From NCBI GenBank assembly GCA_963847445.1, contig CAWJZV010000048.1, positions 96,001-160,000 of the forward strand: 64,000 nt of DNA, written 5' to 3'. Positions 9,811 to 20,124 of this stretch are shown here, one piece after another. Source of the DNA: an uncultured delta proteobacterium. Its GTDB lineage: Bacteria > Desulfobacterota > Binatia > UBA9968. Position 1 is the first letter of the stretch. Each line of letters begins with the position of its first letter. The notes under the pieces were generated by a model. The model saw nothing but the letters and a program-made list of their open reading frames with translations, ran no database searches and was not told the origin of the DNA. The translations under genes were made by a program, and so were the position numbers.

Positions 9811-11543
9811 ATGCCCGCTTCTGCAAACCTCGACTCTCGATCGAGTCGGCCACAGCGGGCTGGTCCGCGCTGCGATTCAAGGATCCGACCTTGCCCGTGT
9901 GGATCGGCGCGGCGCTGCTTCTGGTCTTCTTGATGCTCTTGCCGCTAGGCGCGATTTTCCGCGCCAGCTCTGTGGGATGACAGCGGGTTCACGCTCAGCA
10001 GATATCTTGAAGTATTTACCAACGAACAATTTCTCAAGGCGATCTGGAACACCTTGATCATTTCCACCTGGGTGGGAGCGATCGCGGTGATCATCGGCGC
10101 TCTGCTCGCCTGGTTGGTGACGCGGACGGATCTGCCGTGGAAAAAACCGATCCGCGCGCTGGTGATGGCGTCGTTTGTGACGCCGCCGTTCTTGGGCGCG
10201 TTTGCCTGGACGCTGCTTGCCGGGCCCAACGCCGGCTCGCTGAACAAACTTTACCGCGCCGTGACCGGTTCGGAAGAGGCTCTTTTCAATATTTTTTCCA
10301 TGCCCGGGCTGATTTTCGTCATGGCGCTCTACAGCTTCCCCTATCGTCTTTTCCATGATCGCCAACGTCTGTGAGCTGATTTCGTCGGATCTCGAAGACG
10401 CCGCGGAGATATTGGGCGCGAACAAATGGCAAACCGCCTGGACCGTCACGCTGCCGCTGGCGCTGCCGGCGCTGATCGGCGGCTTCATCCTGGCTTTTCT
10501 TCAATCGTTGTCGCTCTTCGGCGCGCCGGCGATTCTCGGCTTGCCCGCGGGGCTGCACACGATCACGACGCAGATCTGGACATTGTTTCAATATCCGCCG
10601 CGGTTGGATATGGCCGCCGCCTTTTCCGTGCCGCTGCTGCTGGCAACGATGCTGTTGCTTGCCGTGCAAAAAAAAATCCTCGGGCGCAAAGGCTACAGCA
10701 CGGTCGGCGGCAAAGGCGGACAGAAACGGTTAATCCGGCTCGGCTGGGGCCGGGTTCCGGTGCTGCTTTTTGTCTTCGGAATTCTTTCGCTTTCGGTGTT
10801 TCTGCCTTATTGGATCCTGCTGAAGGCGGCGCTCTCCAAGGCCTGGGCGCTGCCGTTGACCTGGGATAATTTCACACTGCACAATGTTTATTTTAGCTTT
10901 TTCGAGTACGGCGATACCCAGCTGGCGATTTACAATACTTTCAAATTGGGCACTGATCACCGCCACGCTCGGCACGCTGTTAGCGACCCTGATCGCCTAC
11001 ATTACCAATCGCAATCTGTTTCGCGGCGCGCGCTATCTCAGTTTCTTCGCGCTGGCGCCCTTGGTGATTCCCGGCATTGTCTTGGCCGTCGGCTTGTTTA
11101 TCGCCTACTCGCGGCCGCCTTTGGTGCTCTACGGCACGATCTGGATTCTCTTCGTGGCATTCCTGACCAAAGAAATGCCGATTGGATTTTCCCAGGCGGA
11201 GTCCACCTTCAAGAGCATTCACCCGGAGCTCGAAGATGCCAGCCGGATTATCGGCGCCAACCGGCTCATGTCCCTCAAAGATGTAACCGCGCCGCTGGCA
11301 CGCTCGGGACTAATCGCCGCCTGGTCTTTCATCTTCATCGGCGTAATCCGCGAGCTCAGCGCCGCGATCCTGTTATTCGCGCCGAAGTCGAAAGTTGTCT
11401 CGGTGGTCATTTTCGATCTGAAAGAAGAAGGACAAGTGGGAGTCATCGCCGTTTTAGGAATTCTTTTGCTGCTGGTCTCCTTCGCGGTCATACTTGCGGT
11501 CCAGTGGTTCGGCGGACGGGACGTGGTGGCGACGCGGGAATAG
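9811..11543 (+). CDS. Fe3+-type ABC transporter permease with two TM modules (FbpB-like; frameshifted)
   Basis: AWLVTRTDLP, TPPFLGAFAW, DLEDAAEILGA, HPELEDASRIIGA, RELSAAILL. Confidence 0.85.
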
Positions 11544-11574
11544 TCCGGATTATTCGCGGTAAAAGGGGTAATTT

Positions 11575-11715
11575 ACATGGGCGCGAAACCCTTCCGCAGC
11601 GAAGGCGTGCCCTTCGGGATTGCCAATGGCAAATCGCAAATTCCAAATATGAAATCTGCAATCTGCGATTTGAAATTCCGCGCGTCAGCGAGGCAACAGG
11701 TTCCACCTCGATCAA
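11575..11715. repeat. Intergenic 7-mer periodic repeat element (AAATCTG-like units)
   Basis: aaatcgcaaattccaaatatgaaatctgcaatctgcgatttgaaattccgcgcgtcagcg; related to 46593-46645. Confidence 0.55.
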
Positions 11716-11758
11716 CACTCTATCGTTCATTTTCCTGCTGAATAATCCAGGATAGCTC

Positions 11759-12848
11759 ATGGCAATAGTTTCGATACGAGGTCTCAGCAAACATTTCGCC
11801 GACAGCCGCGGCGGTCGACGATCTCCATTTGGACATCGGCGACGGCGAATTCGTGTCGCTCCTCGGTCCGTCCGGTTGCGGCAAAACTACAACGCTAAGA
11901 TTGCTCGCCGGCTTCTTACAGCCCGACGGCGGCGAGATCCGCGTCGCGGGTGAAGTTGTCTCATCGCCGTCCATCCTGGTGCCGCCGGAGCGGCGCAACA
12001 TGTCGATGATCTTTCAAAGTTACGCCGTCTGGCCGCATATGACGGTGGCGCAAAACGTTGCCTATGGCCTCAAATTCAAAAAACTTACGAAAGCGGAAAT
12101 TGCCGCAAAGGTTGCCAAACTGCTTGGTGTGGTGCGCTTGGCGGAGTTGAAAGATCGCTATTCGGCGGAGCTGTCCGGCGGCCAGCAGCAGCGGGTGGCG
12201 TTGGCGCGCGCATTGGTGGTCGAGCCGCAGATTCTTTTAATGGATGAGCCACTGAGCAACCTCGACGCCAATCTGCGCGAAGAGATGCGCTTCGAGATCC
12301 GCCGGCTGCATGAAGAATTCAAAATTACCACCATCTATGTCACCCACGATCAGGCCGAGGCGATGGCGACCTCCGACCGGATCGCCGTGCTCAATCGCGG
12401 CCGTCTAGTTCAGGTTGGAGCGCCGGCGGAGATATTCGACCGGCCGAAAACCCGCTTCGTCGCGGAGTTTGTCGGCAAAGCGAATATCTTGAGCGGGCGC
12501 CTCGACGGCGATGGCCGCTCAATTCTATCCGATGGCGTAAAGATTCGCCTGGCTGACGGCGGCGCTGTCGCGCCGGCGAGCGAAGTGTCGGTGTGCTTGC
12601 GGCCGCATAATATCAAGCTGGTCGCCGGGCAAGACGCCGCGCGGCAGCTGACCGATCAAGGTTACAATCTGTTCTCCGGTGTCGTTCGCCGCTCGATCTA
12701 TTTCGGCGACGCGGTCGATTATACGGTCGAGCTCGCTTCGGGGAGAGTTTTACACGTCATCGCGCCGCCATCCCAACGATTCGCGCCCGGCCAAGCGATA
12801 TGCGCGGCGGCCCATCCCGAACATTGCGTCGTCGTGCGTGAAGATTGA
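11759..12848 (+). CDS. ABC transporter ATP-binding protein (PotA/FbpC-like with TOBE domain; frameshift near start)
   Basis: [44 protein letters not shown]. Confidence 0.93.
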
Positions 12849-12883
12849 CGCGGCAAAGCCGCGACCAAAGAGATAAGAGATTT

Positions 12884-13111
12884 CACCGCAAAGGCGCAAA
12901 GGGCGCAAAAAAGAAATAGGAAGATCTCCCGCAAAGGCGCTAAGAAAAATTCGAAACACGAAATCCGAAATTCGAAACAAATTCAAATGGTCAAACAACA
13001 CAAAATTCGAAACCATGCTGAATCGGATGCCGAGTTTTGGATTTTCCGGATTTGGGATTTCTTTTGGCCGCGGTTTGTTTCGGATTTGGTGCTTCGGATT
13101 TAGAATTTGGT
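12884..13111. repeat. Cluster of periodic hairpin repeats (CGCAAAGG units; 7-mer AATTCGA/TTCGGAT units)
   Basis: aattcgaaacacgaaatccgaaattcgaaacaaattc ... gtttgtttcggatttggtgcttcggatttagaattt form inverted arms. Confidence 0.7.
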
Positions 13112-13218
13112 TGTTATAAGCGCGGTGTAATCGCAACTCGGGTTGGAACACGGCAGCGAATATTATTTCGACGAAAAAAAGGGCGGGTTTGAAACCCGCC
13201 CCTACCCGATCGAAATTA

Positions 13219-13292
13219 TTTGCGCCCTTTGCGTCCCGATCGCCCTGAGCTTAGCCTGCCCTGAGCTGAGTCGAAGGGTCGAAGGGTGCGGC
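13219..13292 (+). repeat. 74-bp dispersed repeat with self-nested CCCTGAGC..GTCGAAGGG unit, copy 1
   Basis: Identical to 14448-14521; near-identical partial copy at 22641-22704. Confidence 0.9.
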
Positions 13293-13349
13293 GAATCAAA
13301 ACGATGCCAAGTGCGCGACGGCGAGCAACTCTTCGGTGTTTATGCCGAC

Positions 13350-13697
13350 TTAGCTTTCGTCGAGCAATAGCGTTCCTAACTTGTCTAAGACTTCATTGGT
13401 GGTCTCGCGCGGCAGTTTGCAGATGAATTCCGCTTTGCGAAAGCGCCAATCGAGACTCTTAACTTGATCGGCAAGAACCACGCCGCCGAGCTTCGATCTG
13501 GAAGGAATAGTCACTTCAAAAGGATAACCTTTTACCTGACTCGTGATCGGACAAAGAATGGCGAGTCCAACTTTGCGATTATAAGATGATGGAGAAAGTA
13601 CCAAAGCCGGGCGTCGCCCGGCTTGCTCATGGCCGGCTTGGGGATTGAAAGTTATCCAGACCGCGTCGCCCCGGGCGGGAACATAGCGGCGGTCCAT
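13350..13697 (-). CDS. mazF: Type II toxin MazF/ChpB (PemK family endoribonuclease)
   Basis: YVPARGDAVWITFNPQAGHEQAGRRPALVLSP..YN, CPITSQVKGYPFEV, LADQVKSLDWR. Confidence 0.95.
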   Translation of the reverse strand: MDRRYVPARGDAVWITFNPQAGHEQAGRRPALVLSPSSYNRKVGLAILCPITSQVKGYPFEVTIPSRSKLGGVVLADQVKSLDWRFRKAEFICKLPRETTNEVLDKLGTLLLDES

Positions 13698-13939
13698 TAC
13701 CAAATTTCACGACCGACCGACGGACCGAAATCAACTTCCGCATGGAGGTTCTTCCGAGTTACCTTAGCCAGTAACTGTTTGAGGGACAGTTTCTTTTTTT
13801 CAACGGGTGTCGCAACGACCTTCCCTTCGGAGACCGCCAAGTTTAACACGGTGCCTTCCTTCACTTCGGCGTCTTCAGCCAGCGGCTTGGGAATCCTGAC
13901 GGCCAAGCTGTTTCCCCACTTTTGAACTCGAACATGCAT
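13697..13939 (-). CDS. mazE: Antitoxin MazE (AbrB/SpoVT family)
   Basis: VQKWGNSLAVRIPK, LKQLLAKVT..NLHAEVDFGPSVGREIW; stop overlaps mazF start. Confidence 0.95.
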   Translation of the reverse strand: MHVRVQKWGNSLAVRIPKPLAEDAEVKEGTVLNLAVSEGKVVATPVEKKKLSLKQLLAKVTRKNLHAEVDFGPSVGREIW

Positions 13940-13955
13940 CGGCGCACCTCCAACC

Positions 13956-13997
13956 TGTTTCTACAATGAAGATACATAGCCTAGAAACTCGCGTCAA
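13956..13997 (-). promoter_or_regulatory. mazEF sigma70 promoter with overlapping palindromic operator
   Basis: Minus strand TTGACG(13997-13992)-17 bp-TATCTT(13974-13969); imperfect palindrome tgtttctaca-a-tgaagataca 13956-13976. Confidence 0.65.
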
Positions 13998-14447
13998 GCG
14001 TGAGGTGCTGAAGTGCATGGCAATGGGTCCGGGCACGGCGCAGAGGGCACGTCAGGGGGGACAGGAACGGGAAAGGGGTGTGAGTATTAATTCTCGACCA
14101 TCTTCGGCGTTCAAGGCTCACTGGTTCCGTAGCCCGCCTCGCGTTTCGAATAGTGACTGTCGGGGCCAGCCTTGCTACCTGAAAAAATTCAACCAGTCGG
14201 CAAAGTATCCCGGCCAGATCCGGTTTTTCATCCAATAGTGGACCCGCGACTCTTTATTTGCCCAGCTGGCGCGAGAAATTGGCGCGGCGGATTTCGTCGA
14301 GCAAAATCAGGTCGGGGAATTCGTTTTCGCCGAGCCTTTTGGCTTTGGGATAACGGCGCCCGATGAAATCCAAAAGGAAGCGTGAGTTCGGAAAGCTCAA
14401 ACGGCAAGCTCTGAAAAAAGCAGGGGCGGGGTGCGTCCCGCCCCTAC

Positions 14448-14521
14448 TTTGCGCCCTTTGCGTCCCGATCGCCCTGAGCTTAGCCTGCCCTGAGCTGAGT
14501 CGAAGGGTCGAAGGGTGCGGC
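14448..14521 (+). repeat. 74-bp dispersed repeat, copy 2, preceded by a GGGGCGGG..CCCGCCCC hairpin
   Basis: Identical to 13219-13292. Confidence 0.9.
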
Positions 14522-14536
14522 TAATCGAATTCCGAG

Positions 14537-15505
14537 CTACGCGCCTTTGCGCTTCTTCAGCTCTTCGATCAGCTGCGGGATGATTTTGAACAGGTCGCCG
14601 ACGACGCCGAAGTCGGAGTACTGGAAGATCGGCGCGTCCGGATCTTTGTTGATGGTGATGATGTACTTGGAGGTCTTCATGCCCGAGAGATGCTGCACGG
14701 CGCCGGAGATGCCGACGGCAAAATAAATATCCGGCTTGACCGTCTTGCCGGTCTGGCCGATCTGCATGGCGTAGGGCACCCAGCCGGCGTCGACCGCGGC
14801 GCGGCTGGCGCCGACGGCGCCGCCGAGGACATCGGCGAGATCCTTGAGCAGGTTGAATTGCTCTTCGCCCTTGAGGCCGCGGCCGCCGGAGACGACGATC
14901 TTGGCGCCTTCCAGCGACGGGCCTTCACGTTTGACCACGACCCGTTCCTTCATGTGGACTTTGCGCAAGCTGTCGTCCGCCGCCGCCGGGACTTCTTCAA
15001 CAGCCAGCGCTTGCGGATTTTCTTTCGGTTCGAAAGACTTCGGCCGCACGACTAGAAGCTTGGTTCCCTGATTGAGCAGGGTGCTGGTGTTCTCGTAGCT
15101 CGCGCCGAGTGCTGGAATCGTCGCCACCACGCTGCCGTCTTTGAGCTCGAAATCGCCGACATCGGTGATCGCGCCGCAGTCGAGCCGGGCGCTCAGGTTG
15201 GCGACCAAGTCGCGGCCGGCGTAGCTCGACGCAAACAACATCACCGCGGGATTATGCTTTTGAATCAGGCCGGCAACGGTCTCGGCCGCCGGTAAAGTCA
15301 GATAGTCTTGGTAAACTGCGTCGGCGCAGTGGTAGATCTTGCTGGCACCGTGATTGGCCAGCGTCTGCACGGCATCGTCAGGCGCCGGGCCAAGGAGCAC
15401 CACCTCGGCCTTGCCGGCTTCGGAGGCTTTGGCGAGCATCTCCAACGAAGTGGTGGTTATCTTGTCGTCGCCAATTTCCGCGTATACCCAGATTGTTTCC
15501 GCCAC
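14537..15505 (-). CDS. etfA: Electron transfer flavoprotein alpha subunit
   Basis: [53 protein letters not shown]. Confidence 0.95.
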   Translation of the reverse strand: MAETIWVYAEIGDDKITTTSLEMLAKASEAGKAEVVLLGPAPDDAVQTLANHGASKIYHCADAVYQDYLTLPAAETVAGLIQKHNPAVMLFASSYAGRDLVANLSARLDCGAITDVGDFELKDGSVVATIPALGASYENTSTLLNQGTKLLVVRPKSFEPKENPQALAVEEVPAAADDSLRKVHMKERVVVKREGPSLEGAKIVVSGGRGLKGEEQFNLLKDLADVLGGAVGASRAAVDAGWVPYAMQIGQTGKTVKPDIYFAVGISGAVQHLSGMKTSKYIITINKDPDAPIFQYSDFGVVGDLFKIIPQLIEELKKRKGA

Positions 15506-16285
15506 TTAGATCACCTTGATTTCAGCAAGAAAGTCCGCGATCTGCTTGCCGCCTTCCCCTTCGTCGGTTACCGCTTTGCCGGCTTGCCGCTTGGGCGGGC
15601 GGCCGATGGTCAGAACTTTTTCGCGCGCGCCTTTTTCGCCCACCTGGTCCGGCGATAGACCGAGATCGGCAGCGCTATAGACTTTGATCTCTTTTTTCTT
15701 CGCCGCCATGATGCCCTTGAGCTGCGGATAGCGCGGTTCGTTGATGCCGCTGCTGCACGCCACCAACGCCGGCAACGTCGACTCGACGATGTCGTAGCCC
15801 GTCTCGCTCTGGCGCTTGATCGCGACCTTGCCGCCGTCGACGGTGATTTCCTTGGCAAAGGTAAGCGGTGGAATGCCCAAGAGCTGGGCGATCTGCCCAT
15901 GGACGATGCCGGAATAACTATCGCCGCTTTCGGTGGCGCACAGCACGATATCGAATTCCTGTTTCTTGATCGCCGCGGCCAACAGCTTCGCCGTCGCCAG
16001 CGTGTCGGAACCGGCCACCGCATCGTCGAGTATATGCACCGCCGACGTCACGCCCATCGCCAACGCGTTGCGGATGCCAATGGTCACATCGCTGGTGCCC
16101 ATGGTGACGAGCACGACTGTGCCGCCATGCTTTTCCGTGAGGCGCAAGCCTTCTTCGACGGCGCTGGCCGCTGCCGGGTCCAACTCGTGGGGGACGCCCT
16201 TGCGCACCATGCGTTTGGTATTGGCGTCGAGCTCGATGATGACCGTGCTCGCGGGAATGACTTTACCGCAGACGACGACGTTCAA
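15506..16285 (-). CDS. etfB: Electron transfer flavoprotein beta subunit
   Basis: AVEEGLRL, ALAMG, GSDTLATAKLLA, INEPRYPQLKGIMAAKKK. Confidence 0.93.
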   Translation of the reverse strand: MNVVVCGKVIPASTVIIELDANTKRMVRKGVPHELDPAAASAVEEGLRLTEKHGGTVVLVTMGTSDVTIGIRNALAMGVTSAVHILDDAVAGSDTLATAKLLAAAIKKQEFDIVLCATESGDSYSGIVHGQIAQLLGIPPLTFAKEITVDGGKVAIKRQSETGYDIVESTLPALVACSSGINEPRYPQLKGIMAAKKKEIKVYSAADLGLSPDQVGEKGAREKVLTIGRPPKRQAGKAVTDEGEGGKQIADFLAEIKVI

Positions 16286-16400
16286 TGTTTTGCTCTCCCG
16301 TGCCTGAGTTCGCCTGTTACAGATACGACAAAGGCGCCTTTGGAGGGCGCCTCTGGTCGTGAGACTGATTGGATGCGCTTAAATTTTGCCGCTCAGCGGC

Positions 16401-16592
16401 TCATGAAAGCCACTGCTTGACATCGCCTTCGATGACTACGTCAAGAATTTCCTTGCAGTCGGCGATCGCTTGATCGACGACTTTTGGATCGTCCTTCAAG
16501 TGCGGTATGCCGGCGCCCACCGCTTTTTTTATGCCTTGAATGAATTCTTTGAACTGCTGGTCCAATGCTTCAGTATTCGCTGCAGGTTCCAT
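16401..16592 (-). CDS. Small hypothetical protein (63 aa)
   Basis: AGGAG RBS upstream of ATG, amphipathic helical composition, co-oriented between the Paa-like gene and etfB. Confidence 0.65.
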   Translation of the reverse strand: MEPAANTEALDQQFKEFIQGIKKAVGAGIPHLKDDPKVVDQAIADCKEILDVVIEGDVKQWLS

Positions 16593-16662
16593 GACACTCC
16601 TGCGCTTAGCGATTTTGGGTTACGGCGTACAACCCGAAACCGAAAACCCCGTTAAAGATTAA

Positions 16663-17385
16663 TTATGTATAAAGCCGGCCCTTGTTGGGATCGGGGAGCG
16701 TTAGTCCCATCTTCAAGATCAGCGCGTCGATTTCGTCTTTGTATTGCTGGCGCGCTACTGAATTTGACCGGCGTTTGAGCCCCCAGTGCATGTAGCGCTC
16801 GGAACGGTACGACTTGCTGTTGCCGAACATGTCGAGTCCCTTGACGTACCAGTAGTCCACCGCTTTTTGCACTCTTTCTTTATACTCACCGCCTTTGGCG
16901 GCGAAATCGGCGGTGGCGTTGGTGCCGAAGTCGAGGTGACCTTCTTCCTCGCGGATGATGTCGGGATCCTCGACCACGCGGGCGAGCGGCAGATAGGTGC
17001 AATCGAGAAACTCTTCAAGCTGGAAGCGGCCAACCCGGTCGATCAAGAAACCGAAGACGGCATAGTCTTCCCAGGTTTTGATCTCGCCGCGAAACGCTTC
17101 GACGTAGCGTTCCTGATTGGTTCGGCTGAGCGTGTAGGAAACATCGACACCGATGTCACCGGCTAAACGGGCCATTTTGCGGAAATGGTCCATCTCTTCG
17201 GCCGCCGTGCGCGCCACGATCAGCTGATCCAACTTGGTCGGCGCCGTCGGCAAAATATGCTTTACATAAAGATTCGGACCGCCGATCTCGCAATCGGCTT
17301 GAATCGCCAGCACGCGGCGAATCAGATCCTGGTACTCCGGATCCTGTTTCTCAAAATCCTTAAGGTCGACCTTGTCGGTAAACAT
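16663..17385 (-). CDS. PaaA/PaaC-like ferritin-fold di-iron protein (phenylacetyl-CoA oxygenase family)
   Basis: QADCE, APT, AAEEMDH, FLIDRVG, REEEGHLDFG, VQKAVDYWY..LDMFG, WGLKRRSN; RBS AGGAGG. Confidence 0.8.
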   Translation of the reverse strand: MFTDKVDLKDFEKQDPEYQDLIRRVLAIQADCEIGGPNLYVKHILPTAPTKLDQLIVARTAAEEMDHFRKMARLAGDIGVDVSYTLSRTNQERYVEAFRGEIKTWEDYAVFGFLIDRVGRFQLEEFLDCTYLPLARVVEDPDIIREEEGHLDFGTNATADFAAKGGEYKERVQKAVDYWYVKGLDMFGNSKSYRSERYMHWGLKRRSNSVARQQYKDEIDALILKMGLTLPDPNKGRLYT

Positions 17386-17534
17386 CGATGCCCTCCTATG
17401 GGATGTAATTAGGCGTAAGCTATACAAAAATGCTTAACAAAACGGTCCCGACAAATCAACCGGACTGGCTGGCCGGCAGGCCTGATTGGCAGTGCGGTTA
17501 TCTCCATCGGCGAGGAATCTGCTATAACGGCTGC

Positions 17535-18879
17535 ATGCGATCCAGCGAAAACTTCACGCTGCTCACCGACCTCTATCAGCTAACCATGGCCCAAGGCTAT
17601 TTTCGCGAGCAGCGGATCGCTGCAGCGTCGTTTAGTCTATTTATCCGCAGTTATCCGCCCAACCGCGGCTATTTCGTCTGCGCCGGGCTTCAGGATGTCC
17701 TCGACTATTTAGAAAATTTTTCCTTCGATAATGCCGCCCTCGATTATCTCGCGACGCAGAAACTTTTTACCGATGATTTTCTCCATTATTTGACAGATCT
17801 CAAATTCACCGGGGAGGTGTGGGCGATCCCCGAAGGGCGGATTTTTTTTAAAGACGAACCGGTGCTCGAAGTCACCGCGCCGGTGATCCAGGCGCAGCTC
17901 GCCGAGACCTTCATCATCAATCAAGTTCACCTGCAAAGCATGATCGCCACCAAAGCGTCACGCTGTGTCCATGCCGCCGCCGGCCGGCCGGTGGTCGACT
18001 TCGCGCTGCGCCGCACCCATGGCAGCGACGCCGGCATGAAGGTGGCGCGCGCCAGTTATCTCGCCGGCTTCGCCGGCACCAGTAACGTCATGGCCGGGAA
18101 AAACTACGGCGTGCCCATCGTCGGCACCATGGCGCACTCGTTCGTCATGAGCTTCGAGCGCGAGATCGACGCCTTCCGCGCCTACGCCGCGAGCTTTCCG
18201 CGCGCCACCATCCTGTTGATCGACACCTACGATACCCTCGCCGGCGCGCGCAACGCCGCGACCGTCGCCAGAGAAATGGCCGAACGCGGCGAAAAGCTCA
18301 TCGGCGTGCGCATCGACAGCGGCGATCTGGCGGCACAGGCCCACGCCGTGCGCGAGATTCTCGATGAAGCCGGGCTTGGCGAGGTCAAAATCCTCGGCAG
18401 CGGCGGCTTGGACGAATTTGATCTTGGCGAATTTTCCCGTCGCCCAAGTGCCCTTCGACAGCTACGGCGTCGGCACCAAGATGGGCACTTCGGCCGACGC
18501 ACCGTGGACCGACATGTCTTATAAAATGGTCGAATACGCCGGCCGGCCGGTGCAAAAACTCAGCACCGGAAAAATTTCCTGGCCGGGAAAGAAACAAGTA
18601 TTTCGCCGCCTCGACGCCGAGGGCAATCTAGCAAGCGATGTCATCGGCCTGCGCACCGACAATATTGCCGGTGCCGAACCGCTGCTTGAAAAGTCATGGA
18701 ATCGACGGAAAAGCGCCGCGACTGGCGAATCTCGAGAGAAAGTTCCTCGACGAATTTCACCGCCTCGACGAATCCGTCAAAGCGGTTCCGAACCCCGCCG
18801 TATATCCGGTCGATTACGCGATGCCCTGCGCGAACTACAGCGCGAGGTGGCGAGACGATCAACCAGCAGCTTGAACTGA
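17535..18879 (+). CDS. pncB: Nicotinate phosphoribosyltransferase (frameshifted)
   Basis: LLTDLYQLTM, DFALRRTHG, GTSNV, GTMAHSF, LIDTYDT, GVRIDSGD, YGVGT, KLSTGK..PGKKQVFR. Confidence 0.93.
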
Positions 18880-19131
18880 AGCTGCCGCGCCGAAATACCA
18901 AGCCACATCGCAAATCAGCCGAATTGCAGTCGTACTCCCAGCGTCATAGCTCTGCATAGCAAGCACCGACAACTGCGGGGTTTCGCAAACTTGGGGAAGT
19001 TGGACGGATCGCAGCCTATAGCCGCGAATGAGGGTTCGACGACCCCCATCGGCGTCACATGCGCAAGCTTGAACCTCAGCTTACGGCGAACGATATCGTA
19101 TCGCGGAATGACGAGCTCAGACGGCACAAGT

Positions 19132-20124
19132 TCAGAATTTGACCACCGCTGCGCCCCAGGCGAAGCCGGCGCCAAAAGCATTGAACAGGACAATGTCGCC
19201 GGGCTGGATGCGGCCGGCGCGTCTGGCTTCGTCGAGGGCGACCGGGATCGATGCCGCCGACGTGTTGCCGTATTTGTCGACATTGACCACGACTTTGTCC
19301 ATTGGCACGCCGAGCCGTTCGGCCAGCGCGACGATGATGCGCTTGTTGGCCTGGTGCGGGATGACTAGAGAGACCTGATCGATGCTGACGCCGGCTTCGT
19401 CGAGGGCTTGCCGGCTGATCTCTTCCATGGAACGCACGGCGATCTTGAACACCTCTTTGCCGTTCATGGTGATCGTGTGCTCGTTGTTGCGCACCGTCTC
19501 CGGACAGGGAGGCTTGAGCGAGCCGCCGGCGGGAACGTAGAGCTGCTTAACGTAGGAACCGTCGGTGCGCAGCTTGGTGCTCAAGACACCGGAACCGTTC
19601 TCGGACGCGCCCAGCACCACCGCGCCGGCGGCGTCGCCAAAAAGTATGCAGGTGCCGCGATCCTTCCAGTTGAGCATGCGGCTTAGGGCGTCGGAGCCGA
19701 CCACCAGCGCTTTGTTGGCCTTGCCGCTGCGAACGAATAAATCGCCCACCGCAAGCGCATTGAGAAACCCCGCACAGGCGGCGCCGACGTCAAAGGAAAA
19801 AGCATTGCGCGCGCCGAGCTTGTCCTCGAGGACGCAGGCGGAACTGGGAAACGGATAGTCGGCGGAAACCGTGCCCATGATGATGGCATCGAGATCTTTC
19901 GCATCGACGTGAGCGTCATCGAGAGCGCGCTTGGCCGCTTCGTAGGCCATGTCGGCATTGCCCTTGCCTTCTTCGAGAACGCGCCGTTCTTTGATGCCGG
20001 TGCGCACGGTGATCCACTCGTCGCTGGTGTCGACCATCTTTTCCAAGTCATGGTTGGTGACGATTTTGGACGGCAGTTCGGAGCCGGTGCCGAGAATCAC
20101 GCTGCGGCGTTCGGAACGGCTCAT
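19132..20124 (-). CDS. fabH: 3-oxoacyl-ACP synthase III (in frame with fabF in this sequence)
   Basis: [47 protein letters not shown]; own RBS GGAGGT at 20135-20130. Confidence 0.9.
   Translation of the reverse strand: MSRSERRSVILGTGSELPSKIVTNHDLEKMVDTSDEWITVRTGIKERRVLEEGKGNADMAYEAAKRALDDAHVDAKDLDAIIMGTVSADYPFPSSACVLEDKLGARNAFSFDVGAACAGFLNALAVGDLFVRSGKANKALVVGSDALSRMLNWKDRGTCILFGDAAGAVVLGASENGSGVLSTKLRTDGSYVKQLYVPAGGSLKPPCPETVRNNEHTITMNGKEVFKIAVRSMEEISRQALDEAGVSIDQVSLVIPHQANKRIIVALAERLGVPMDKVVVNVDKYGNTSAASIPVALDEARRAGRIQPGDIVLFNAFGAGFAWGAAVVKF

Noticed and set aside
13981-14235. 84-aa ORF upstream of mazE as a third TA component
   Set aside because: It runs into the mazE promoter and has no recognisable family motif; at most a gene remnant.
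19020-19060. tRNA-like GGTTCGA motif
   Set aside because: No cloverleaf, acceptor stem or D/anticodon arms could be built.
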